Positions 1 to 9,725 of a stretch of 64,000 nt of DNA are shown here, piece after piece; within the stretch, counting starts at the first letter, position 1; each line of letters starts with the position of its first letter. A program made the translations under genes and the position numbers. The notes under the pieces were generated by a model that made no database searches, was not told where the DNA came from, and was given only the letters and a program-made list of their open reading frames with translations. The stretch lies in contig JBDHAB010000021.1 of NCBI GenBank assembly GCA_039588295.1, positions 22,947 through 86,946 of the forward strand, written 5' to 3'. This DNA comes from Gemmatimonadota bacterium. GTDB taxonomy: Bacteria > Gemmatimonadota > Gemmatimonadetes > Gemmatimonadales > GWC2-71-9.

Positions 1-2092
1 CTCGAGCGCTCGCGCTGTCGGGTATCTGTCCGACGGCTGCATTCCACTCGCGCTGGTGTTGCGCAAGTTCGTCGGCATCGGCGGCGAGGGTGGTGAGGTC
101 ACCCTCGATGGCCGCTCGCTCGAACAGCTCGCGGCCTCGGCTCAACTCCTCCCGCAGTTGCTGCGCCGCCTCAGCGAGCTGTCGCAACGCGTCACGCGCC
201 TCAGCCGCGTGCAACTGCGCGAGGGCATCCCGGAGCGTTTCGAGCCGCTCCACCAACTCCTCGCTAAGGGCCCGCTCCAGGAGCGTCTGGATCTCGCGGA
301 GCTGCTCGTGAAATGCCGGATCGGTGAGGCCCGCGCTCCACGCGGACTCGGATAGCGTACGGATCTCGTCCCGCAGCGACCGCGCGCGCTCGGTCACCGC
401 CTCCTCCTCACCGAGGAGTTCGCGAGCCCGCTCCACCGACTCAAACGGCAACTGATCAGCCAACGGGGTTCCGGCACGATCACCCTCGGCACCGGCCCCA
501 CGCTCCCGCTCCGCGGCAAGGTCTTCGATGCGGCGTGTGAGCTGTTCCTGGACCGCGACCAACGAGTCGACACCGGCGGCAACGGTCTGCGACGCCTCAC
601 GCATCGCCTGCCGCAGCTCCCACATCGCGAGCAACCGGAGCCGCAACACCCGACTCTGACCGGTGTGCGGCACTGGCGCATTGTCGCGCGCGCGCGCGCG
701 AACAAAGGCGGTGTCACCGGGCAGGAACCCACGACCATTGAGGTCGAGCACCCAATGGGTCAGTGCGTGATCCGTTCCACTCTCTGGAAGGGCAATAGCC
801 TCCGTGACGGCCTCGGAGCGAAGACCCAACCGGCTTACCCGCCAGCTCTCGATCTCGAGCGCACGCAGGCCGTGATCATCCCGGGCGTCCACGAGCACGG
901 ACTGCTTGAGCGTGAGGGGCATCGTCGTATCCGCCCCCGGCGCCGGGATCGCGACCACGGGTGCGCTATCACGCACCACAACCAGGTGTAGCTCCGGGTT
1001 GGGCTCGGCCAACGCTCCCCCACTTGCCAGCGCGACTGTCAGACGCCAACGGCCGCTCCCGCGCACCGGAAGCTCGCCCGAGAATCGAGCGCCGTCGACT
1101 CGCAACGGCACCGCCCGATTCTCCCGGCGCCACGTGACGCCCGCGACCGGAACGGTCACGGCACCGCGCGTGAGGATCGACGTGCCTTCCGGCACCAACA
1201 CCGGATCGGGTCCCGGCTCCACCGGCTCGTCCGGTCGATCCAGGTACGTGGCATACCGCGCCAGCAGCTCGAAGTCGGTGAGCAGTGCCGGGAGTTCGAC
1301 TTCGACGTGGATGGTCTCCGATGAACGATTCCCGCTCACCGCTCGGAGGTAGCGGTCGGCGAAGAGGGGGCCGAGAACCACCGATGCCTCACCGGCGGAA
1401 TCGAGCTCGACGCGCCTCTGGCCCCACGGCTCACCGGGGGATCTGACCCAGAGGGATGCGCCGCTCCGTCCGGACGCCTGGATCGTCGCGGTGATACGGT
1501 CTCCGCGGGCCACCCGCACTCGGTCGACCTCGAGGGTGACCGGGCCGCGGCCCCGCGCCAGCGCGGCCCACGGCCGCCAGAACATCCCCGCGTCTCGCTG
1601 CGGGTTCACAGCGGCGAAGGCGACGGTCCCTGCCGTGAAGATCGACGCGCCGGTGACGAGTGAGCGTGTTGCGGTGCGCCGCACTGCGGCGAGCACCCGG
1701 TCCCCATCTGTCGCGAGCCATGCCGAGACCTGTCGGTCGGCAAGCCCGGCTAACGCCGAGTCGCCCACCGTTTCCTCCCACGCTGCCGGGCCGGCAACCC
1801 AGCCCGCCCGCCGATCCCCCGCACGCTCTGCGGTTTCCGCGAGCGCTCCGATCTGTGCATCACGCGCCGCACGCGAGACACGGAACACGCCCCACGCGAT
1901 TCCCACGAGGGCGAGCGTCCACCCCACGAACGCCCCCACAGGCGCACGCTGCGCAATGCCCAGCCTCGCGAGGAGAATCCCCACGCTGAGCGCCCCCATG
2001 AGGAGCCCTATGCCAAGCAGCACTCCGCCAAGAAGGCGTCGCAGGAGCAGAGCGCGACGCCTGTCCTCGAGCCAGCGTCGGGTGCCGGTCAT
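1..2092 (-). CDS. Large membrane-anchored coiled-coil protein (DUF4175-like), partial; runs off the window start
   Basis: Not in the ORF track because it has no stop inside the window. ATG at 2092 overlaps the DUF4159 stop (ATGA). Reads MTGTRRWLEDRRRALLLRRLLGGVLLGIGLLMGAL (TM), with an E/Q/R/A-rich coiled coil near position 1. Frame was spot-checked for stops, not every codon. Confidence 0.7.
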   Translation of the reverse strand, partial: MTGTRRWLEDRRRALLLRRLLGGVLLGIGLLMGALSVGILLARLGIAQRAPVGAFVGWTLALVGIAWGVFRVSRAARDAQIGALAETAERAGDRRAGWVAGPAAWEETVGDSALAGLADRQVSAWLATDGDRVLAAVRRTATRSLVTGASIFTAGTVAFAAVNPQRDAGMFWRPWAALARGRGPVTLEVDRVRVARGDRITATIQASGRSGASLWVRSPGEPWGQRRVELDSAGEASVVLGPLFADRYLRAVSGNRSSETIHVEVELPALLTDFELLARYATYLDRPDEPVEPGPDPVLVPEGTSILTRGAVTVPVAGVTWRRENRAVPLRVDGARFSGELPVRGSGRWRLTVALASGGALAEPNPELHLVVVRDSAPVVAIPAPGADTTMPLTLKQSVLVDARDDHGLRALEIESWRVSRLGLRSEAVTEAIALPESGTDHALTHWVLDLNGRGFLPGDTAFVRARARDNAPVPHTGQSRVLRLRLLAMWELRQAMREASQTVAAGVDSLVAVQEQLTRRIEDLAAERERGAGAEGDRAGTPLADQLPFESVERARELLGEEEAVTERARSLRDEIRTLSESAWSAGLTDPAFHEQLREIQTLLERALSEELVERLETLRDALAQLHAAEARDALRQLAEAAQQLREELSRGRELFERAAIEGDLTTLAADADELAQHQREWNAAVGQIPDSASAR

Positions 2093-2754
2093 GGGATGGC
2101 CGTTGCTGCGTACACGAAGAGGTTCACACCCATACGGAGTGCGCGCTCGCGAAGCTGAGCGGGATCGTCGTGCACACCCGGGTCCTCCCAGCCGTCGCCG
2201 AGGTCGGCCTGGTACGAGTAGAAGACCGCCAGCCGCCCACCGAGGAAGATCCCGAATCCCTGAGCTGGAAGACCATCGTGTTCGTGGATCTTGGGGACGC
2301 CCTCGGGAAGCTCGTACATGACATGATAGATCGGGTGATCCAGCGGCACTTCCACGAGGGGGTGGTTCGGAAACAACCTGGCGATCTCACGCCGAAAGGA
2401 CTCGTCCATCCCGTAGTTGTCGTCAGCGTGCAGGAAGCCGCCGTGTTCGAGGAAACGCCGCAGGATCGGGATCTCCTCAGGCGAGAAGCGCACGTTGCCG
2501 TGGCCGGTCATGTAGAGGAATGGGAGGTCCCACAGCCGGGGATCGGTCAGCTTGACGACCTGCTCACGCTCATGGACGTGCAGGGCCGTGCGCTCGTTGA
2601 TGGCGGCAATGAGGTTGGGCAGACTCGACGGATTGGCATACCAATCGCCACCACCATCGTACTGTAGTCGGCCCACGACGAGCGGCGGTGGCGGGCTGTC
2701 AGGCGGCAGCACGGCCAGACCGAGGCCGAGTGCAAGAGCGGCGAAGCGAATCAC
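2089..2754 (-). CDS. DUF4159 domain-containing secreted protein
   Basis: GTG at 2754 overlaps the rsmI stop; signal peptide; motifs LQYDGGGDWY, PFLYMTGHG, GGFLHADDNYG, DLGDGWE. Confidence 0.85.
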   Translation of the reverse strand: MIRFAALALGLGLAVLPPDSPPPPLVVGRLQYDGGGDWYANPSSLPNLIAAINERTALHVHEREQVVKLTDPRLWDLPFLYMTGHGNVRFSPEEIPILRRFLEHGGFLHADDNYGMDESFRREIARLFPNHPLVEVPLDHPIYHVMYELPEGVPKIHEHDGLPAQGFGIFLGGRLAVFYSYQADLGDGWEDPGVHDDPAQLRERALRMGVNLFVYAATAIP

Positions 2755-3587
2755 ATGGCCATCACGATGCGGTACGTCTCCCGACGAGCCAACGAGAACT
2801 CCGCAGCCAGGCGGGTGGCTGCGTCCCGTCGGCTCATCCCCTCCTCGAGCAGTTCGCTCGCACGACTGCGCACGACTGCCTCGTCGACCTCCACCCCGCG
2901 TTCCCCACGTGGTCTCGCCCCCACGATCAACGTCACCTCGCCGCGCGGAGGATTCTCCTCGTAGTAAACCGCCAAGTCGGCGAGGTTTCCCACGCGTATC
3001 TCCTCGTGCACCTTCGTGAGTTCCCGGGCGACCACGGCAGCCCGCTGGCCGCCGCAGGCGGACGTCAGATCGGTCAGCAACCGGACCAACCGGGCGGGAG
3101 CCTCGTACAGCACACTGGTCCACGCCGCGCCGGCCACCGTGTCGATGAGGCGGTGCCGTTGGGCGCCTTTGCGGGGGATGAAGCCGAAAAAGGTATAGCG
3201 ATCCGCCGGTAGCCCCGACGCGCTGAGGGCCGTCGTGACCGCCGAGGGTCCGGGCACCGGAACCACCCGGGCTCCGCGTTGACGCGCCCGTTGCACGAGT
3301 TGGGTCCCCGGGTCCGAGACGGTTGGCGTACCGGCGTCCGCCACCACGGCAACGTCGTCACCGCCCTCGAGCGCACGCAGGATCGCCTCAAGCCGACTTT
3401 CCGGGGAATGCGCGTGCAGGCTCTGCACGCGGGGACGGGCATCCACATGCTGAAGCAGGATCCGCGCTCGCCGGGTGTCCTCCGCTGCTACGAGCGCTAC
3501 GTCCTGCAGAATGCGTTTTGCGCGTTCGGAGAGATCTGCCAGGTTGCCTAGTGGCGTCGCAACAACGTAGAGCGTCCCGAGCGTCAC
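2751..3587 (-). CDS. rsmI: 16S rRNA (cytidine(1402)-2'-O)-methyltransferase
   Basis: LYVVATPLGNL, AEDTR, DAGTPTVSDPG, ARELTKVHEE. Confidence 0.95.
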   Translation of the reverse strand: MTLGTLYVVATPLGNLADLSERAKRILQDVALVAAEDTRRARILLQHVDARPRVQSLHAHSPESRLEAILRALEGGDDVAVVADAGTPTVSDPGTQLVQRARQRGARVVPVPGPSAVTTALSASGLPADRYTFFGFIPRKGAQRHRLIDTVAGAAWTSVLYEAPARLVRLLTDLTSACGGQRAAVVARELTKVHEEIRVGNLADLAVYYEENPPRGEVTLIVGARPRGERGVEVDEAVVRSRASELLEEGMSRRDAATRLAAEFSLARRETYRIVMAM

Positions 3588-4600
3588 CAGTGAACCGTCC
3601 AGGGGAGGCGGTCGTAGAAGCCCGCCTTCTGGAGGACGAAGCGGTGGTCACGGGTTGCCGACTCGAGCACAGCCGGCGCGACCCCCGGCGCGACGATTTC
3701 GACCTGCTCGAGGAACGGCAGGGCCCAATCGCTCAGCGCGACGTTCAATGCCTCCGGCGTCGTGACGATCGGCGTCGCGTCACGATCCAACGGCAACCCG
3801 ATGGCTTCGAGCGGCGTGTGGACCTTACCCGTCAGATCGCGCAGGCGCACCGCGTGCTTCATTGCTTCGCCCGACGCTTCCGCGTCGGCTGCCGCCACAA
3901 TGGCCCAGAACAACTCCCGGTACGTCTGCACCAATTCCGGCGGCGCCTGGATGGGAAGCTCAGCGGCGTCGGGGAAGACCGCGGCTGCGATCTCGGGACG
4001 CTCTCCCGCATCCGTTGGCGCAAACAGGGTCTCTACGTGGCTCCGGACGGGGGTGTCGTCGTCTTTGTCCCAAAAAAACCCATCCAGGAAACCGCCCTCC
4101 TTGAAGCGGAAATAGTTCACGCAACCGTCCGAAATGAGCTCGAGAACGCCGGTGAACTTCTCCTCGTTCAGTGCGGGAAATACCTGCTGCGGTCGCTCTG
4201 AATCGAGGAGTCGCGGCTCAGCGGGCGCGGCGCAGCTTGCGTACATCCACGCGAGTTGCTTGACCGGTGCATCGCAGAAGACCAACTCGCCGCGCTCCAC
4301 TTCCCGGCGGATGTCAGCGAGCGCAGTGGCGATGGGCAAGACCTCGCGGCCTGCCTCTCCGATCGATACGGCGGTCGCCAGCTCACCACCGCGCAGCAGC
4401 AGCAAGACGACTTCATCGGGCAGGTACGCGGCAACATACCCGTCCACCCGACCCTCCCGGTCGACCTTGGCAAAGTGGAGCAGGTTGTCGAGATGGACGA
4501 AGATGGAGCGCGTACGTGGCACATGCACCTGGCCAGCGGGAAACTGGAGCTGTGCCAGGCGAATTCTCGTGTTGACCAGCCGCGCAGTGCTCAGACGCAT
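3584..4600 (-). CDS. Hypothetical protein with two PATAN/DUF4388-like segments
   Basis: 338 aa ORF overlapping the rsmI start; repeats GRVDGYVAAY..LLLRGG and EKFTGVLEL..FRFKEG. Confidence 0.6.
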   Translation of the reverse strand: MRLSTARLVNTRIRLAQLQFPAGQVHVPRTRSIFVHLDNLLHFAKVDREGRVDGYVAAYLPDEVVLLLLRGGELATAVSIGEAGREVLPIATALADIRREVERGELVFCDAPVKQLAWMYASCAAPAEPRLLDSERPQQVFPALNEEKFTGVLELISDGCVNYFRFKEGGFLDGFFWDKDDDTPVRSHVETLFAPTDAGERPEIAAAVFPDAAELPIQAPPELVQTYRELFWAIVAAADAEASGEAMKHAVRLRDLTGKVHTPLEAIGLPLDRDATPIVTTPEALNVALSDWALPFLEQVEIVAPGVAPAVLESATRDHRFVLQKAGFYDRLPWTVHW

Positions 4601-4634
4601 GGGCAGAGGATGACGTCTGTTGCTGAATGTGAGG

Positions 4635-4673
4635 CCCGGGCGATGCGTTGCTTGAGACGACCCATCGCCCGGG
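4635..4673. terminator. Hairpin downstream of trxA
   Basis: CCCGGGCGATG / CATCGCCCGGG 11-bp inverted repeat; no clear U-tract. Confidence 0.4.
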
Positions 4674-4714
4674 ATTGCCAGCGCTGTCGCGCCCGCGTAG
4701 GCTGAGGCGCGTCC

Positions 4715-5047
4715 CTAACCGAGGTGTTGCTCGATCTTCTCTACAAGATACGCCTTGGGGACAGCTCCGACCACCGTGTCAACGTGCTGTCCGCCCTTGA
4801 AGAACAAGACGCTCGGGATGGAGCGCACGTTGAACCGGACTGCCGTCTCCTGATTGGCATCAACGTCGAGCTTCGCCACCTTCAGCCGCCCCTCGTACTC
4901 CTGAGCTAGTTGTACAACGACCGGAGCTATGATCTGGCACGGGCCGCACCACGTGGCCCAAAAGTCGACCATCGCGAGGCCATCGTGCCCCTCGATCTCC
5001 TGTGCAAAATCAGTGTTCGTAACGACCACGGGGTGAGTCACTGCCAT
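4715..5047 (-). CDS. trxA: Thioredoxin
   Basis: WCGPC active site; GGAG SD before ATG at 5047. Confidence 0.95.
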   Translation of the reverse strand: MAVTHPVVVTNTDFAQEIEGHDGLAMVDFWATWCGPCQIIAPVVVQLAQEYEGRLKVAKLDVDANQETAVRFNVRSIPSVLFFKGGQHVDTVVGAVPKAYLVEKIEQHLG

Positions 5048-5137
5048 GTTCAACTCCCAGTTGTTTCATTTCATTGACCAGTGGCATTGCGCGACACCGA
5101 GGTGCCGCAACGCCGAACCGACATCTCCGGAGGTTCC

Positions 5138-5536
5138 GTGACCGCATCCAAGACTCGAGTCGCCCACATCGGCGTCGCCGTGAGCGACTCTGACGAGGCC
5201 GCCGCCTTCTACTACGACGTCTTGGGGCTGGAACCGTCCACCCCGGAAACGGCGGACGGCGCACAGATTGTTTCCATCAGGCTCGGGGACGTGGAAATCG
5301 AGCTCCTCACCCCGGACTCGAACGACAGCCCCGTCGCCCGGTTTCTCGCCCGACGCGGACCCGGAATCCACCACATCTGCTACCGGGTCCCCGACCTCGA
5401 CGCGGCCCTCGAACGCTGCCGCACCCACGGATATCGGCTCGTGGACGAGACGCCACGGACCGGCACGGGCGGTCGCCGTATCGCGTTCGTGCATCCCAAG
5501 ACCACCGCCGGCATTCTGCTGGAGCTTACCGAGTAG
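5138..5536 (+). CDS. mce: Methylmalonyl-CoA epimerase (VOC family)
   Basis: HIGVAV, GPGIHHICY, AFVHPK..GILLELTE; GGAGG SD before GTG at 5138. Confidence 0.85.
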   Translation: MTASKTRVAHIGVAVSDSDEAAAFYYDVLGLEPSTPETADGAQIVSIRLGDVEIELLTPDSNDSPVARFLARRGPGIHHICYRVPDLDAALERCRTHGYRLVDETPRTGTGGRRIAFVHPKTTAGILLELTE

Positions 5537-5549
5537 CCCTCGCTGCCGC

Positions 5550-6029
5550 TCAGCGTGTGCCCTCGGGCTGACAGGCTCGCGCCGGATTTCCCACTGCGGT
5601 CAGGTCGATGTTCGCCACGAGCCATCCCTCACCCCAGCGCACCAGCGTGAACGGCACCACCGGCGTGCATCCCTGGCGAGTAAGTTGGACCCGGAGTTCC
5701 CGCTCCGCCCCCGACCCAGGAAGTGGCGTGCCTGCGTCCGGGATGATCTCGTACGACTCGTGGTCCAAATAGATCTGGATGATCGTCAGACGCTTCCGCA
5801 GCTCCTCGGGATCCATCTTCGCCGAAGCGGGACCACCCGAGGTGCCCCAGAGATCGGCCATCGCGACGAGGCTGTTGTCGCGCACCGCACTGAGGAACTC
5901 GCGAACCGTCAGCTCCGGATTCGACGGCGCAACCACGGTGGTGCGGGACGCTCCCCCACTGCATGCCGAGGCGAGGATCAGCGCCACCGAGGCTATACTA
6001 ATACCAGGTGCAAATCGAGGTCGCAGCAT
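5550..6029 (-). CDS. Hypothetical lipoprotein
   Basis: ATG at 6029; signal peptide with lipobox LASAC; the longer ORF call overlaps pdxJ antisense. Confidence 0.7.
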   Translation of the reverse strand: MLRPRFAPGISIASVALILASACSGGASRTTVVAPSNPELTVREFLSAVRDNSLVAMADLWGTSGGPASAKMDPEELRKRLTIIQIYLDHESYEIIPDAGTPLPGSGAERELRVQLTRQGCTPVVPFTLVRWGEGWLVANIDLTAVGNPARACQPEGTR

Positions 6030-6077
6030 ATTCAGGTGCCCGAAGCTTAAACGGGGAGAAAACGGGGGGCAACCCGA

Positions 6078-6815
6078 ATGCGGCTGTATGTGAACGTCGA
6101 CCACGTCGCAACCATCCGAGAAGCGCGAAAGACCGACGAGCCGGACCCGCTGGAGGCGGCACGCGCGTGCCTGCGAGGAGGGGCGGACGGCATCACCATC
6201 CATCTGCGCGAAGATCGTCGGCACATCCAGGACGACGACGTACGAAGGATCGCCGCCGACATTCCAACGCCACTCAACCTGGAACTCGCCACCGCTCAGG
6301 ACATTGTGCAGCTCGCGGTGGCCCTTCGCCCACACCAGGCCACCCTCGTCCCGGAGCGCCGTCAAGAAATCACGACCGAGGGCGGGTTGAGCCTGGGCCG
6401 CCCCGGCTCGTCCACTGAGGGTCGCCTCGGCGAGACCGTCGTACTGCTGCTGGAGGCGGGAATTCGGGTGAGCCTCTTCATCGATCCGGATCCGCCGACC
6501 ATCGACCGTGCGGCGGAACTCGGGGTGCCGGCCATCGAACTGCACACCGGGGAGTACGCGAACAGCTATCGAGAGTCGACCGTCGCGCTCGAGCGGCTAC
6601 ACCGGGCTGTGGCGCGCGCGCGGCAGGCCGGGTTGGCGGTGCACGCAGGCCATGGCCTCACCTACCGCAACGTCGGTGCCGTGGCGGCGATTCGCGACAT
6701 CGAGGAGCTCAACATCGGGCACAGTCTCGTGAGCCGCTCGGTTCTCGTCGGCATGGAACAGGCCGTGCGCGAAATGCGCAAGCTGATTGACGCCGCGCGC
6801 GTTGACCGCGGTTGA
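6078..6815 (+). CDS. pdxJ: Pyridoxine 5'-phosphate synthase
   Basis: VNVDHVATIR, HLREDRRHI, ELHTG, AGHGL, LNIGH. Confidence 0.95.
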   Translation: MRLYVNVDHVATIREARKTDEPDPLEAARACLRGGADGITIHLREDRRHIQDDDVRRIAADIPTPLNLELATAQDIVQLAVALRPHQATLVPERRQEITTEGGLSLGRPGSSTEGRLGETVVLLLEAGIRVSLFIDPDPPTIDRAAELGVPAIELHTGEYANSYRESTVALERLHRAVARARQAGLAVHAGHGLTYRNVGAVAAIRDIEELNIGHSLVSRSVLVGMEQAVREMRKLIDAARVDRG

Positions 6816-6970
6816 GGGCTCGCGTAGGTTTGGCCGTGCGCGTCCGCTCGGGCCGGTCGGCCATTGCCCTCCAGGCAGAGTGGGCCGCATCACATCCAAC
6901 CGGGCCGGACTGACGTCATCGTTAGACGCACGCGTACGTCGGACACCGAACCCTGCCGCGAGGCAGCCAC

Positions 6971-8680
6971 ATGGACCAGCAGATGGGTCTCACCGAGTTC
7001 TTCGCAATGGAGGCCGGCGACTACGTCGAGCGCCTCGACGCGCTCGTCTCGCCGCCGTCGCAGCCCGACGCGGACGAGTTGGTGCGGCTGACCCGTGCGC
7101 TTCGTGGATCGGCGCTCATGGCCAAACAAGCCGATATCGCGTTGGCCGCGGCGGCGTTCGAACATTTTGCACGAGACGTGAAGGACCGGCGGCGCCACTG
7201 GGACGACGTCACCAAACAGGCCGCCGTGCACGCCGTAGACGAGTTCAAGATCCTCATCCGCCAGGTTGGCTCATGGACCGATCTGGAGTCCGAGCGTGCC
7301 ATCAGGCTCGCCCGGGGGCTGGACCCCGAAGGTACGTTCACGGAACCCGCGACCAGGGACCGGGTGCAGACCTTGGATGCGGGAACGCGGGCCTTCATCG
7401 GACGCGAGGGCGCCGCGGTCGGCAGCGCGCTCGACCGCGCCGCCAAATCCCTGCAACAGGATCCGGACGACCACGACTCGCTGCAACGCGTGATCACCAT
7501 CATGCAGCCGCTGCGGGGCCTGTCGATTCTGTCAGAGCTACCGCCAATGCCTGAGCTGCTGGACGGGATCCAGCGTGCCATCAGCGAGGTCATCTCGGGA
7601 CGGCAGCCGGCCGAGCGGGCTCCGCTGGTGCTCAACTCGGCCGCAAAGGCGCTGGCCCGTGCCGCCAAGGAAATCGCGACCGAGGGACAAGCTGAACCGG
7701 AGTCCCCCGACATGCAGGACTTCGTCGCGGGGCTACGCGGGCTCGTCGAGGAAGATGCGGCCGTCGTACCGATCGAATCCCTCAACTTCGATGACGGCCG
7801 TTCGCACATCGCGGAACAGGACGCGACACCGGCACGGCGGCGGGTGCTCGGGCAACTGGAACTCGTCTCGCATGGCGAGCACCTGCGTCAAGCCGCCGAC
7901 GAACTCGACCGGGCGTGGTCCCGCACGCAGCTGGAGTTACGCGCGCAGGCGCTGGTGACGACGTTCCGCGCACTTTCGGCGGCGAGCGGCAGCTCGGTGC
8001 ACGACGCGGTGGCGCATTTTGCGGTGGCGGCACGCGAGGCCGTGGTTCGCGGGGTGCCGCTGGAGCAGTCGCAGGAGTTCGTGACCACGCTGCGCCTAGC
8101 AGGCTCCACGCTGGTGGAGACAGGCCGGGAAGACGAGCATGCCCTGGCCCATCAGTTGACCGACCTCGCTTCGGAGCTCGACAACCTGCCGGGGAGAGGT
8201 ACGCCGCCAGCCACGGTGTCTGCGGTGTCCGCTCCCGCGCCCCCGGCGCCGGAGCCTCCGGCCGTCGCGAGAGAACCCCAGGGTCTGGAAGCACCGGTGC
8301 TCGAGGCTCCAGCGGACACCGCCGCCGCCGCCGAGGAAACGCCCGACCTCGTGGGGAGCTGGGCACGGTACGAACGATACGTCGAGACTCTGGGACTGGG
8401 CGAGCCGGCGCTCGACGAGCTGCTCGCCGGACCACCCGCTGACCCGGGTCCTCCCGGACAGGCGACGGCGATGGAGGTTGCGGTCCCCGCGCCGGTGGAG
8501 CAACTCGTCGTGCCGATCGCGGAGCTCTGCTATAGCGGACGCGCGGCTCTCGGGCGGGCACTCGAACTTCGCGATCAGGTGCGCGCCGCCATTGCCGCCG
8601 GGCCGGATGGGGCGGGCGTACAGGATCTCGTTGAGGAGATCCTGGATCTCGTCGAGCTTGGCACCAAAGACGAGCAGTAG
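6971..8680 (+). CDS. Helical protein with degenerate Hpt-like repeats
   Basis: EFFAMEA..L..L...LTRALRGSALMA resembles the CheA P1/Hpt pattern; Pro/Ala-rich linkers. Confidence 0.7.
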   Translation: MDQQMGLTEFFAMEAGDYVERLDALVSPPSQPDADELVRLTRALRGSALMAKQADIALAAAAFEHFARDVKDRRRHWDDVTKQAAVHAVDEFKILIRQVGSWTDLESERAIRLARGLDPEGTFTEPATRDRVQTLDAGTRAFIGREGAAVGSALDRAAKSLQQDPDDHDSLQRVITIMQPLRGLSILSELPPMPELLDGIQRAISEVISGRQPAERAPLVLNSAAKALARAAKEIATEGQAEPESPDMQDFVAGLRGLVEEDAAVVPIESLNFDDGRSHIAEQDATPARRRVLGQLELVSHGEHLRQAADELDRAWSRTQLELRAQALVTTFRALSAASGSSVHDAVAHFAVAAREAVVRGVPLEQSQEFVTTLRLAGSTLVETGREDEHALAHQLTDLASELDNLPGRGTPPATVSAVSAPAPPAPEPPAVAREPQGLEAPVLEAPADTAAAAEETPDLVGSWARYERYVETLGLGEPALDELLAGPPADPGPPGQATAMEVAVPAPVEQLVVPIAELCYSGRAALGRALELRDQVRAAIAAGPDGAGVQDLVEEILDLVELGTKDEQ

Positions 8681-9725
8681 CCGGGGCGGCCTCGGCTGGT
8701 CCGGTGCCGTCGGTGTCATCGTCTCCCTCCTCTTGTTGTGGTGGGCCCTCCACGACGTCTCGCTCGCCGAGGTATGGGCTCGGCTTCGGCGCGCACACTG
8801 GGCTCCGCTGCTTGCGACCGTCGCCCTGGCCACCTTGCGGTTCCCACTGGTCACCGTTCGTTGGCGCTACCTGCTGCGTCTTGAGGGAAGCGCTCTGCCG
8901 TTCCTGCCCCTGTGGCATGCGACGGCCATCGGGTTCATGGCGAACAACCTGTTGCCTGCCCGAGCCGGCGAGGTCGCCCGAGCGTACGCGGCGCGCAGGC
9001 TCACCAACGTGCGCTTCTCCACGGCGTTGGCGTCCATCGCGGTCGAGCGGGTGGTGGATGGGATCGCGCTGGTGACGCTCCTGGTTATCGCGATCTGGGC
9101 GGGTGGGTTCGCACCGGATACTTCCGTCGCCGGTGTCACCTTGGGCGGCATTGCCAAAGGCGCGGGCCTGCTCTTCGGCGGGACGCTGGTCGCAGCCATC
9201 GTGCTCGTGCACTGGCCTAGGCCCTTCCTGCGGATCGCGCGCCGGTTCGCCAGCCGCACGTTGCCCGAACGCTGGGCCACGAGGTTCGTCGGCATTCTGG
9301 AAGGGATGCTGCTGGGGCTCGAAGCCCTGCGAAGTCCGCGTCGGTTCGCGGCGGTGTTGCTCTGGTCACTCCTGATCTGGATCGTCGCGAGCGCCTCGTT
9401 CTGGACCGGGTTCCTCGCCTTCGACATTGCGGTACCGTGGTCCGCGGCCTTGTTGCAGCAGGGGCTCGTCGCGTTCGGCGTGGGCATCCCGTCGTCACCC
9501 GGGTTCGTCGGCGTGTTCGAAGCGGTCACCCGGGTGTCGCTCGCCCTCTATGGCGTCGACGAGGGACGCGCCGTTTCCTACGCCATCGGCTATCACGTCA
9601 CGACGTTCCTTCCGATCACCCTGCTCGGCATGTGGTCCCTCGCTCGGGCGCGCCTCCACCTGGCCGACCTCCGCGGTGCGGCGGATGACCCCGAGGCGGG
9701 CTCGACCAGCGCGGCACATGCCTGA
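8658..9725 (+). CDS. Lysylphosphatidylglycerol synthase TM / UPF0104 flippase-like membrane protein
   Basis: RW..LL, GFMANNLLPARAGE, ERVVD, PSSPGFVGVFE; start TTG at 8658 is approximate. Confidence 0.85.
   Translation: MAPKTSSSRGGLGWSGAVGVIVSLLLLWWALHDVSLAEVWARLRRAHWAPLLATVALATLRFPLVTVRWRYLLRLEGSALPFLPLWHATAIGFMANNLLPARAGEVARAYAARRLTNVRFSTALASIAVERVVDGIALVTLLVIAIWAGGFAPDTSVAGVTLGGIAKGAGLLFGGTLVAAIVLVHWPRPFLRIARRFASRTLPERWATRFVGILEGMLLGLEALRSPRRFAAVLLWSLLIWIVASASFWTGFLAFDIAVPWSAALLQQGLVAFGVGIPSSPGFVGVFEAVTRVSLALYGVDEGRAVSYAIGYHVTTFLPITLLGMWSLARARLHLADLRGAADDPEAGSTSAAHA

Noticed and set aside
56..2321. Plus-strand ORFs at the window start
   Set aside because: Shadows of the long minus-strand CDS that the ORF track omits
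5083..5113. Imperfect palindrome between trxA and mce
   Set aside because: Several mismatches in GC-rich DNA and no cognate regulator nearby
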